A stretch of 64,000 nucleotides of DNA, from assembly GCA_048128005.1 (NCBI GenBank), contig JBEUKZ010000019.1, positions 62,001-126,000 of the forward strand. The letters run 5' to 3'. Of the stretch, positions 12,140-22,397 are shown in pieces. A model generated the notes under the pieces. The model did no database searches. It was not told the DNA's origin and was given only the letters and a program-made list of their open reading frames with translations. The DNA comes from Veleropilina oligotropha (Eukaryota). Numbering within the stretch: the first letter of the stretch is position 1; every line of letters begins with the position of its first letter. Position numbers and translations under genes: made by a program.

Positions 12140-12907
12140 ATGTCGGACGCTGTATATCTAGCTTTTGCTTTCAGCCAGAGCCTGATCTTGCTCCTACTCG
12201 CTACATTGTGGTATTGGATTTACAGTTATATTAGACCGGTGAGGCGATGCTGGAAACGCTTCAGGATGGACAGCCTCATCGATCAACTCATGGATGACGA
12301 ACAAGAAACGACCATCAACAGCTGTCGCTTGACTCCCGATGGCAAGGAACCTGTCAGTAACAGTGGAGTCGCAAGTTCCGTTTGCGCGGCAAAGCGTGAG
12401 AGGCTTGCAGCCTTAGCCGTTGGAGGACAGGCCCACCGATACATGGGGCGTAACCTCACAGTGGACCGGATAGACGACATGACTGACGACGAGGTCGAAA
12501 AGCACCACGCGAGGTATGAAGCGAAACTCGGTGCCGATGTGACGAAGACTCTGGGGACTTCAGCTATTCATCTCTACGCGGGGGCAGCTGGGATGTTCCT
12601 GCCCATTCCACCAGCAAACCAGCTACGACTGATCGCCGACCTGGAGGCCGACCCGTTCATCTCACATGCCCTGACCACTGCAAGCTGTGAGCTGTATTAT
12701 AAATATGGCATGTACCTCGCACCGCTGACCGCAGCGTTGACCACGGCTAAGCACTGCCAATTTGGACATGTTTGCCCACCTAAGATACCAGAGCGAGGGC
12801 GAGATCAAGATGACAACGCTGGAAGTGGACCAAGTGATCGAGAGCCAGCCGATCGAGAGCCAGCCGATAGAGAGGGTGACTTCTTCGACGGACTCATCAG
12901 TGAGTAA
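12140..12907 (+). CDS. Hypothetical protein with N-terminal TM segment
   Basis: Conserved in all three copies; hydrophobic N-terminus. Confidence 0.7.
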   Translation: MSDAVYLAFAFSQSLILLLLATLWYWIYSYIRPVRRCWKRFRMDSLIDQLMDDEQETTINSCRLTPDGKEPVSNSGVASSVCAAKRERLAALAVGGQAHRYMGRNLTVDRIDDMTDDEVEKHHARYEAKLGADVTKTLGTSAIHLYAGAAGMFLPIPPANQLRLIADLEADPFISHALTTASCELYYKYGMYLAPLTAALTTAKHCQFGHVCPPKIPERGRDQDDNAGSGPSDREPADREPADREGDFFDGLISE

Positions 12908-13301
12908 AAAGGACCCGAAAAAAGTGGCTGCAGGGAGGGCCGGCGCTGCTGCTCGAAAAGCCAAGCAGGAGAAGCTACTGGCCGCGGTTCGAAAAATGAA
13001 AGAAGACCTGAGTGCCCCAACAAGTGTTGTCGTTCCATCAGAACAGCCCGGGGAGGCGGTTCCAGCCGCAGAAAGACCGCGTGCGCCAGATACACGGAAA
13101 TCGGACCTATTTAATTGGACCCAGGTAGCCGTCGCTGCCGGTACGGTTGCGTTGGTATTTGTTGTCTGGAAGACGTCCTCAGAACGCAGCAACCCTGGTC
13201 CATCCACACCACATCAACAGCCACCAGACGCGGACGCTAGGCAGCCTCGGGCCGCCCTCACTATCGAATTGAAGAAGCAGAACCCTTTTCATATGCAATA
13301 G
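12762..13301 (+). CDS. Basic KDPKKVAAGRAGA protein with one TM segment
   Basis: Motif and TM (VAVAAGTVALVFVVW) conserved in all three copies; start uncertain. Confidence 0.7.
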   Translation: MDMFAHLRYQSEGEIKMTTLEVDQVIESQPIESQPIERVTSSTDSSVSKKDPKKVAAGRAGAAARKAKQEKLLAAVRKMKEDLSAPTSVVVPSEQPGEAVPAAERPRAPDTRKSDLFNWTQVAVAAGTVALVFVVWKTSSERSNPGPSTPHQQPPDADARQPRAALTIELKKQNPFHMQ

Positions 13302-13330
13302 TCGCAAATCAATAGTACTAATCAACAGTT

Positions 13331-13570
13331 ATGACTACCCCAATCACTGATGGAAAGATGCTCGGCAACGCTGTATACCACGCCGCTATAGTGTCAGGCC
13401 TCGCCATAGGCTACGCACGCCTGACAAAGATGGTATTCAAGGGAGCGAGCCCCAAGCTGGACTTCACGGGTTACGATGTTGGGATGGTCGTCCTCGACGT
13501 AGCGCTCGCCATGGCGACGAAAGACATGCTGATCAAGCAAGGCATCATACCGGCCGACGTTTTGAAGTAG
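13331..13570 (+). CDS. Small hydrophobic protein (79 aa)
   Basis: Nearly invariant protein across three copies despite synonymous changes. Confidence 0.8.
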   Translation: MTTPITDGKMLGNAVYHAAIVSGLAIGYARLTKMVFKGASPKLDFTGYDVGMVVLDVALAMATKDMLIKQGIIPADVLK

Positions 13571-13600
13571 TGGGACCTGCTAGATAATCGCAGCATTTCA

Positions 13601-14029
13601 ATGGCTTCCATTGCAATGCTGGTTGGGGGCGCTCTCGTCAACGCCCTCGCCTTCAGCGGGTCCAACTTCCACTTCTCGAAGCTACGCAGCTCCGGTGTCG
13701 ACGAGGAGCGTAAACGCCACGACAAAGCCGTAGAACAGCTCAACGCTGCTCAGACTAAATGGTCCCAGAAGCGGGCAGAGCGTCTCGATTGGCTGAACGT
13801 TGAACTTCGCCGCCAGGGTCACGCTGTTGGCACATTCCGGGATGTTGACGCCGCGATCCGTGAGTATGCATTGATCACCGGCAAGAACCTTGACCCCGGC
13901 CTGGGGGGTGGCCCTGAGCCCGCCCTGTCTGACTACTACACGCCTAGTGATGGCCAGAAGGGACGTGAGATCACCTTCATCATCCTGGGGATGGCTGCGA
14001 CCGGGTTGGTAGCCTACAAGCTCGCCTAA
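13601..14029 (+). CDS. 142-aa protein with hydrophobic termini and central coiled coil
   Basis: Conserved in all three copies. Confidence 0.8.
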   Translation: MASIAMLVGGALVNALAFSGSNFHFSKLRSSGVDEERKRHDKAVEQLNAAQTKWSQKRAERLDWLNVELRRQGHAVGTFRDVDAAIREYALITGKNLDPGLGGGPEPALSDYYTPSDGQKGREITFIILGMAATGLVAYKLA

Positions 14030-14070
14030 TTATTTCCAGTGGACATTTTTTTTCGTGGGCATGTATAGTA

Positions 14071-14301
14071 ATGGGGCTCCCAGAAGAGCTGTACTGCGCC
14101 ATGCTTGCGGTCAGCGGGGTGGGCCTTAGTACTACGTCACTCGACTGCTGGCGCCGCGACGAAAAGACTATGGTGCGGTTCGCAGTCCTGGTGCTCTCGG
14201 GCCCGACCAACCTTCGGGCGACGACTGCGCAGCGACCGGCTCCGGAAGCTGAAGCCTGTTGGAGACTGATCAGTTTACTGGAATACATTGCTGATGGATA
14301 G
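14071..14301 (+). CDS. Small hypothetical protein upstream of integrase
   Basis: Conserved in three copies with an in-frame indel; overlaps integrase ATG. Confidence 0.5.
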   Translation: MGLPEELYCAMLAVSGVGLSTTSLDCWRRDEKTMVRFAVLVLSGPTNLRATTAQRPAPEAEACWRLISLLEYIADG

Positions 14302-15292
14302 TAAGCTTGCGAGGATGTACTACAGCCCTAAGGGCTACTGGAAAGGCATTGCAGCCATCAAGAAACTAGCGGAGGCTGCCAAGGCGTCTGAAATGGAGGC
14401 CCGGACATGGCTTAAGAGGCAGGCTATATGGCAGATCTATTTACCTGCGCCACGGCGGATTCCAAGACCAAAATTCGACGTCGTAACGCCAAACGAGGTT
14501 CACCAAGCCGACCTCCTGTTTCTCCCCCATGACAAGGTCGGCCGTAAAACCTATAAGTACGCTTTGACTGTGGTTGATGTGGCCAGTCGCTTTAAAGAAG
14601 CTGAGCCTCTGGCCACAAAAGAGGCCAAAGGGGTTGCTGAAGCTCTGTCTCGAATCTACAGGCGGAGTCCTCTTAGCTGGCCGAAATTGCTTCAGGTTGA
14701 TCCAGGGCGAGCGTTCATGGGGACGGTCTCCCAGCTGCTGGCAAATAATAATGTCGAGGTTAGGCGTGGCCGTGTGGATCTCCATCGCGATCAAGGGATC
14801 GTGGAGCGCTTCAACCGGACGCTCGCTGAGCGCCTCTTCGGGCACCAGTATGCAACAGAGATGAGTTTTACAGGGTCTGCGAAAGAGGGTCAAAGGTCAA
14901 CTGAGTGGGTCGCCAGGCTGCCCGCCGTTGTTGCGGCGTTGAATGGGGAAGTGACCAGGCTGACCGGTAAAAAGCCCAAGGACGCCATCAAGGCACCTCG
15001 CGTTGCACAAAATCCTTCTTCCACTGTTCCAGGCCGACAGGGGAAGGAACAGAAACTCCCCTCTGACGTAGATGTTCGATACCTATACCAACCCGGTGAG
15101 TTGGAGGGTGGTCGCCGGCGAGCGACTGACCCGGTGTGGTCTCTAAAAGTGCACAGGCTTGGACGCTCTGTCACTAAACCTGACGAGCCTGTGCTCTACT
15201 ACTTGCTTGATGGACCACCGCGTGGGTTCGTTCGTGAGGAACTTCTCGTGGTGCCTCGTGACACCCAACTGCCGCCGGTTCTCAGGCGTTAA
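14294..15292 (+). CDS. Maverick/Polinton-type retroviral-like DDE integrase
   Basis: HQADL, VDVASR, LQVDPG, QGIVERFNRTL; N-terminal YYSP and C-terminal W-S...YYLLD...GFVREEL motifs; no chromodomain seen. Confidence 0.93.
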   Translation: MDSKLARMYYSPKGYWKGIAAIKKLAEAAKASEMEARTWLKRQAIWQIYLPAPRRIPRPKFDVVTPNEVHQADLLFLPHDKVGRKTYKYALTVVDVASRFKEAEPLATKEAKGVAEALSRIYRRSPLSWPKLLQVDPGRAFMGTVSQLLANNNVEVRRGRVDLHRDQGIVERFNRTLAERLFGHQYATEMSFTGSAKEGQRSTEWVARLPAVVAALNGEVTRLTGKKPKDAIKAPRVAQNPSSTVPGRQGKEQKLPSDVDVRYLYQPGELEGGRRRATDPVWSLKVHRLGRSVTKPDEPVLYYLLDGPPRGFVREELLVVPRDTQLPPVLRR

Positions 15293-18200
15293 CAACCGCA
15301 AATCCTCTTTTTCGGTTACATTCAAGGCACGTTAAGCGCACGTTGTCGCGGATGTGGCCCCTGCGGTTGTCCACACGGTCGACACTGAACTGCTGTGTGT
15401 CTTTGGGCTGGTAGGCCCAGAGCAGCTCTATGTTACATGCTGCGCATCGGTTGTTTTGGGCCTCTCTGAGCCGCAGGATGTCGTCGACCTTGAGGTTAAA
15501 CCCCGGGAGTCCCTTTGCCTGGTCCTGGCGCATGTATGCCACGAGCTTCCTCTGGATGGTTTTTCGGAGCTGCTGCTTGCTCTGCTGCGCTTGGGGCGGC
15601 CTGTCCTCAGAACCCTCATCTGGAGGACAGGTTACCCGCTCGAGCTGATGCAGATACTCCACCCGGGACACGGCTAGGTAGGCGAGATTACTCCACTGAA
15701 GGTAGTCGTCGATGATCCAGACTTTCTGTGGGTCGTGAATGGTAAGACCCTGGCTCGAATGGATGGTGAGAGCATAGCCCAGGCGCCAATCCGGGGTCAG
15801 GATAGCCTGCTCAGCGGCCTCAATCGTGACCTCAACGACGTCGTTGAGAACTAGCTCCTCTCTTTCATCGGTGCCCGGAATGGTTACCATGATATTTTGC
15901 TTACGGGTGTCCCTGGGGTGATAAAGGATAGGTACCGGGGAGTCTGGGAAGTGCTCCTTGTGCCTCTGGAGCAACAGCTGTTGAGCCCGTTCGCGGACCT
16001 TCTGACGGCTGGTGAGGATTAGGTCGCCTGGCCTCCAGGTGTTGACAAACCGATCCCATCCAAGGCAGCTGGGGAGACTCTTACGCATTTCCCCGCACTG
16101 GATTTTGTCGGGCTGGAGACGTATACGTCTTTTCAGGGCTTGGAGGGCAGGGTCGTCTTTTGCCCTGTAGTCTACTTCGATCTCCTCATAGTAGTCCGCG
16201 GTCTGTCGCAGCCAATCGTGCGGCATCTCGCCCGTAATCGGTGGTGGCTGGCCCTGATCGCCACAGCAGATAACCTGAACTTCGTGGTGGCCCAGCCAGT
16301 CCAAGAACATCTCGAGGATAGGCCGGGGAACAGTACAGACCTCGTCCCAGATAATGACGCGGGGGATGAACTTCTGACCCATGCGGTCGGGTGTCCAGTC
16401 AGTCTGGCCGCTCCATCGGAAGAAACTGTGGTAGGTCTGGGCTTTGACGCCTCTGGTTCGCATCTCTTTAGCGAGGCGGTGGGTTGGCGTGAATACAATG
16501 GGATTCCTTGCCCGGAAGAGCTCTATCGCTCTCGTAGTCTTGCCACAGCCCCCTCCACCATTGAGGTAACTCAGGCGATGGTGGGTCAGCGTGTCATTGT
16601 AGCAAGGCGCGGTGCTTGGCTGGCTGGAATTGGCGGCACAACAATACTCTGGCTTGGGCAGGTATGCGGCATGTTCCTGTGGCAGGTAAAGCTGTTCCCC
16701 CTTGTCACGCCACTGGGCCGGTGCTACTGGCGGAAGGTACGTCTCCCCGATCAGACAGGAGATGCACGATTTATCGCCACAGTCGCAGAGCTGTGGGGCA
16801 ACGTACACCGTGACATCGTCGAGCTTCTCCAACGAGGCCTTCTTGAGGTAGATGCTGTCAGTGGCCACTCGGACAGCTTCCTCAGGGGTGAAACGCTGAA
16901 GCATGCTCAAGAGGCTTATGTGGGCATAGGCCAGCATCGATGCCCTCAGGTGGGCGTACTGAGGCTGGGAGCCATCATAGTACGTGAGGATGTGACCCAT
17001 AGGGCATCTCTGAGGTGCGCCGACCAGGGTACCGCTTTGGCGGGTGTCTCTTACGAGGAAGTCAAGCTCTCCCTGGTCAATCACCAGTCTACGGGTCAAT
17101 CTTTTGCCGTCAGCCTTGGCGCCTTGGGTGAATTTGCCGATAATACGGCATCCCTGGTCACGATTCTCAGGAAGCCAGACATCGGTTTGCTTTCTGAACG
17201 CGATGATGGCTTCTCGGATCTTGAGGCTTTTTAGCAGTCCAGATTATATGAGGAAGGCGAGCAGAGGCGTCGGGGCCCATCCATTCTCTGCAAAGTGCTT
17301 TCCGAACCAGGCGGGAATGACGGGGTGGATGTCTTGTGCGAACTCCCATTCCACGACCTCGGCAAACCCGGTACCGATTTCTCGGGGTAGAGGACCGTTA
17401 ATTGCGACCCGGGTCATGCTGTGGGTTGGGTGCCCGAATCTTTCGAAGTACGGCTTAGCCTCGCCCTTCCCCAGAAAGCTGGCAGGGTAGCAGGCTTTCA
17501 TGTCGATGCAGCAGACATCGCCCGTATCGTAGTTCATGGAATTCCAGAGACCGCCGTGGCCATGCTCTACGCAGGCCTTCTGGATATCATCGAGCAGGCC
17601 CGCTGGGGTAGGTTTCCAGCCGTTAGTCTCCTTAGCCATAATGCTAGCTGCATGGTTCTCGCCAAAGGCTCGATCGGCTAGGGACTCATTCCCCAGCGCT
17701 GTACAGGCTTCTTGAAGTCTCTCGTGAGCCTCTTTTGTCCGGTACGTGCGGCCATCTTGCAGCACGAACTGGTCCACGTTGAGCTGTCGGTCTGTACCGC
17801 CTAGGAGCCAGACAGCCAATGGCTCATTATGTGTGGCTTGTCAGATAGCTTCCCAGACATCGCCCTCATACAGGTGGACCTCGCGAGACTGCGGAAAGTG
17901 TAGGTCCTTGGACCAGGCGTGGCCGTTGTGACAGATGAGTTCTACTTGTCTGAATGTATGGTTTCCTTGACCGCGGTATTTACCACTGTTGTAGATGTCG
18001 GCACCTGCGATGTCTCGCACGATGATCGCCCGTTTCAGTATCTTCTCGAGGATGGATATATCATCCACAGTGGCGCCTGTTACATGAACTCGCGCCTCCC
18101 ACTCCTGTATTTTCTGCCGCCTTATCGGGGTGAGTCCGTTTCCTCTCAGGGCACCTTCGAAGTGCTCAACCACTCTCTGGGCAACGCAGTTGAGATCGCC

Positions 18201-18984
18201 GTTCTTCATTGGAACCAGGTTGGCTGGGTTTGGTTCTCTGAGAGGGTAGAGGCCGTAGACGACTGCAGTAACCGGGTAGGCGTTCTCGTAGTAGGCTTTG
18301 TCGACCCCAGTGATAGCACCTGGCTTAGTGTCCTGAGAGATCTCAACGACACCCTGGCCCTTCTTCCTCGCAGCCTTCACCGGGTCAAACTTGTCTTCGA
18401 CCACCCAGTCGCCTTCACCCCACTCCCGCAAGAACTTTATCCTCAGGAGAAACTCACCCTTGGGAAGGGCTGTGAGGAGCTGTGCCGCTCTCGCGTCTGT
18501 CATACGGGCATCCAGGGCCAGCCGGCCAGCCCTCGCTTCGATGTTCTCTACTTCTACCCTCCATGTGGAGAAGGCCGCCGCGGCGCCATCGACCTCAAAC
18601 TCGTCTTTGGCGTCGTTCAAGAGTTCCACCCACGGCTCTTTTGCTGGGAGCCTTACAGGGGGAGGGGCCTGGTCATCCAGGTCGATGAATTGTTGCCCCT
18701 CTGTTGTGGTAAACAGCCCTAGTAGATCATTCTGGTAGTCCTGGGCTGTCCGGGGCTTTTTGGAGAGGGGGATTGGGTCAAATTCCTCAACAATGGCTTT
18801 CCGCTTTCTCTCCGTTTGGGGATCCTTGGATCCATAGTCGACATGTTGCCGGGCGGGCATACACTAAGATCTTCACGTCTTCCGGGATTGGTTCGTCTAG
18901 AATATTCTGAACCACGTCCCGGAGAGTTTCAGATGCCTGCATGTCTGCGAGCAGTTGGTCTATATAGTCATCCATAGTCGACAT
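15282..18984 (-). pseudogene. PolB-like/SF1 helicase/HNH fusion replicase, disrupted
   Basis: Colinear with E3 52869-56540; stops at 17841-17843 (CGA>TGA) and 17244-17246; 44-bp duplication at 18830-18873. Confidence 0.88.
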
Positions 18985-19032
18985 GTTGCCGGGCGGGCAT
19001 ACACTAAGATCTTTACTTCTCTAATAGGAAAT

Positions 19033-19308
19033 TTACGTGTGGTAAATTGCAGCCAAGCGGAGAAACTCTCTCCGGAAGGCACTTTTCTTTCGTTGCCAGT
19101 CCATAGAGTTCTCACTCTTATACCCACAACCCTTACACAACGTAAACCGGTTGAAGACGCCTTTGCCGCATTTGATGCAGGGCTTTGTGACCCAGCCATT
19201 TCGCCGTAGCCGAGCCAGGTGGACTTTGCAATACTCTCTCAGACAGCTCTTACTACATAGTTCTGTGGAGCTTATAGTAAGCCAGTGACAGGTGTCTGTG
19301 CCCTTCAT
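19033..19308 (-). CDS. Cys-rich Zn-finger-like protein (91 aa)
   Basis: C-x10-C-x3-C-x4-C-x2-H and CxxC-x10-CxxC; conserved in E2 and E3. Confidence 0.75.
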   Translation of the reverse strand: MKGTDTCHWLTISSTELCSKSCLREYCKVHLARLRRNGWVTKPCIKCGKGVFNRFTLCKGCGYKSENSMDWQRKKSAFRREFLRLAAIYHT

Positions 19309-19748
19309 CGTATCCTTTGCAGTGGGTATATCCTGTGATGTGGGTATATCTAATAGGACACTTATCGCCATGCAACTGCACGCTACCAGCGGGAACTACA
19401 TACTTACATAACAGCTGCTCGGGGATTCCCTGTCCTCAAACACATTTCCGGCTTTCCTAGCATATATTAATAGCCCGTTCAGCCGTCTACTGTGGCCTCA
19501 TTCATGCTGCTGCTCTTATCGCCACACGCGTCTATTATTAGCCCGTTCAGCTCGCTGCTGACCCAGATTTCCTATTAGAGGTATGAAGATCCTAGTATAT
19601 ACCCGCACTATGTCGCGGTAAACATGGGCATTATTTCTCACTGTTATCTACCGGCTGTGGCGGTGCGTCAGATAGTTGCACGCTTGCGAGCGGGAATTAT
19701 ATATTTATCTAAACTGGCTGCAATCTCGCCATGCAATTTGCACGGAAT

Positions 19749-19926
19749 GAAGCCCCCTTGTATTTCAGCCGTAGCCTGGGGTGTCTTCTCGACCATCTGT
19801 CGGCCCTCTTGAAGCCCCCTTGTATTTCAGCCGTAGCCTGGGGTGTCTTCGACCATCTCTCGGCCCTCTTGAAGCCCCCTTGTATTTCAGCCGTAGCCTG
19901 GGGTGTCTTCTCGACCATCTCTCGGC
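19749..19926. repeat. 60-62-bp tandem repeat x3 inside E1
   Basis: GAAGCCCCCTTGTATTTCAGCCGTAGCCTGGGGTG at 19749, 19811, 19871. Confidence 0.9.
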
Positions 19927-20484
19927 ATTTTCTCCACGCAGCCTTCTTCCTCAAGAATTCGAAACGCAACATGCGAAAGCATTCTGAGGAGGTCGTTGTG
20001 ACATATGCATCAGATCTTATAAATACTAAAGCCTGACAGTTCTTATATAGTCAGGTAGCCATGGCAGGCAAGAGAGGAGGTGTCTCGTCACTTATGATGT
20101 GAATATTAAATCACGACAACGTTGAACATAGACTACGTTGATTAAAATAAAACCTACAACACTCTAGACATATTGTAAAGCCGATTAAATCCCGAATCCT
20201 TAATTAGTTAACTGTCCATTGATTATAATGTGGCCACATTATCCAGTCAATCTTTATTTGATACTGGATAATGTATTTCAGTCGAGGGGAATACCAACAG
20301 TGAGTCACTCCACAACAAGCTTTTCTACTAGGTCATACGCAGTCGTGCGCGACGTAACTAGGCAACCAGGTAGTATTTGAATAGACTATGGATTGTATTG
20401 TTGTTCATAAGCTAACCTGGTTTTCAGACAGAGCTGTATGTAAACACGGTGACTGTTATAATACAAGCCCGACCCTGGGAGCCT

Positions 20485-20548
20485 GAACGGGTGCTGGGAG
20501 CCTTATTTTCCCATTCTAAAAAGTCTACTGACCCCCCCTGCTGCTGCT
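20485..20548 (-). repeat. E1 right TIR (one extra terminal triplet)
   Basis: Ends CCCCCCCTGCTGCTGCT, followed by ATAT. Confidence 0.93.
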
Positions 20549-21197
20549 ATATATATAGTGACTGCGAAAGAGAGAAACAATTTGTACTTTTTCTAAAACA
20601 ATTGTTCATCAAATTTGCTTTACGGACGGACACTTGGTTATATAAGTTGCTAAATCGAAGCGAAGTCTGAAAAATATAAAATATGTGATATTGGCTTCTC
20701 ATCCCTGATATTGTTGCCCACCAGTCAATAGAGTTCGATATCGTTTAGATGTTACATGTGTATCGACCTATATACTTGATAGACGTGAATATTTGTTGTT
20801 TCGTTATTAAATCAATATTATATGTTGCCGCATATGTTCCTTGGTCTACTGAAAGAGAGGGGACTTGTTTAGCTATACATGTTAATGTAAAATAATCGGT
20901 AATTTAAGGAGGATTAGGCAAAAGAAATAAGCAAGGTTTTTTATAAAATTTTGGTGACTTTACATATACATTGCACTAGTTATATTTAATAAATCAAAGA
21001 ACAACTCTATTATATGTTTTGATTCATGCATGTGATTTATCAGTCATATTTCTTTACAAGTCTACCAAACTTTCTTCACTGCATTTCATATTCTTTTAAT
21101 TTTTATGAGGTTAAACTCCCTGTCTCGAGGAATGCCTCATTCTCGACCTGATTCAACACATTACCATGACTGTTTATTACGGAGCCTCACAGGGGCC

Positions 21198-22397
21198 ACA
21201 ACGCAATAACTCTTTGCACAACGCAAAAACTCTTTCCACAACGTAAAAACTCTTTCCACAACGCAAAAACTCTTTCTATACAACGTAAAAACTCTTTCAA
21301 CAACGCATAAACTCTTTCGACAACAAATAAACTCTTTCCACAACACATAAACTCTTCTCACAACGCAAACACTCTTTCTATACAATGTAAAAACTCTTTC
21401 AACAACGCAATAACTCTTTGCACAACGCAAAAACTCTTTCCACAACACATAAACTCTTCTCACAACGCAAAAACTCTTTCTATACAACGTAAAAACTCTT
21501 TCTATACAACGTAAAAACTCTTTCAACAACGCAATAACTCTTTGCACAACGCAAAAACTCTTTCCACAACGTAAAAACTCTTTCCACAACGCAAAAACTC
21601 TTTCTATACAACGTAAAAACTCTTTCAACAACGTAAAAACTCTTTCGACAACACATAAACTCTTTCGACAACAAATAAACTCTTTCCACAACACATAAAC
21701 TATTCTCACAACGCAAACACTCTTTCTATACAACGTAAAAACTCTTTCAACAACGCAATAACTCTTTGCACAACGCAAAAACTCTTTCCACAACACATAA
21801 ACTCTTCTCACAACGCAAAAACTCTTTCTATACAACGTAAAAACTCTTTCAACAACGCAATAACTCTTTGCACAACGCAAAAACTCTTTCCACAACGTAA
21901 AAACTCTTTCTACAACGCAAAAACTCTTTCCACAACGCAAAAACTCTTTCTATACAACGTAAAAACTCTTTCAACAACGTAAAAACTCTTTCGACTACAC
22001 ATACACTCTTTCGACAACAAATAAACTCTTTCCACAACACATAAACTCTTTCCACAACACATAAACTATTCTCACAACGCAAACACTCTTTCTATACAAC
22101 GTAAAAACTCTTTCAACAACGCAATAACTCTTTGCACAACGCAAAAACTCTTTCCACAACACATAAACTATGATGATAAACTCTTCTCACAACGCAAAAA
22201 CTCTTTCTATACAACGTAAAAACTCTTTCAACAACGCAATAACTCTTTGCACAACGCAAAAACTCTTTCCACAACGTAAAAACTCTTTCTACAACGCAAA
22301 AACTCTTTCCACAACGCAAAAACTCTTTCTATACAACGTAAAAACTCTTTCAACAACACAAAAACTCTTTCAACAACACAAACTCTTTCCACGACGC
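21198..22397. repeat. 20-22-bp satellite (CAACGYAAAAACTCTTTCCA variants) with higher-order structure
   Basis: Direct reading; recurring ordered blocks of variant monomers. Confidence 0.95.

Larger units (their letters stand above)
4844..20548 (-). mobile_element. E1: endogenous Polinton/Maverick-like DNA virus, full length (15.7 kb), partly decayed
   Basis: 61-bp TIRs, ATAT flanking both ends, integrase + ATPase + capsid-like + polymerase/helicase genes, abrupt GC shift from flanks, colinear with E2 and E3 in inverted orientation. Confidence 0.92.

Noticed and set aside
14294..15292. LTR retrotransposon or retrovirus interpretation of the integrase
   Set aside because: No RT, RNase H, gag or LTRs; TIR-bounded with ATPase and capsid-like genes.
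16140..17234. 364-aa antisense ORF (also 54588-55682) and other 100-270 aa ORFs opposite the viral genes
   Set aside because: Shadow ORFs of GC-rich coding DNA; broken in the more diverged E2 copy.
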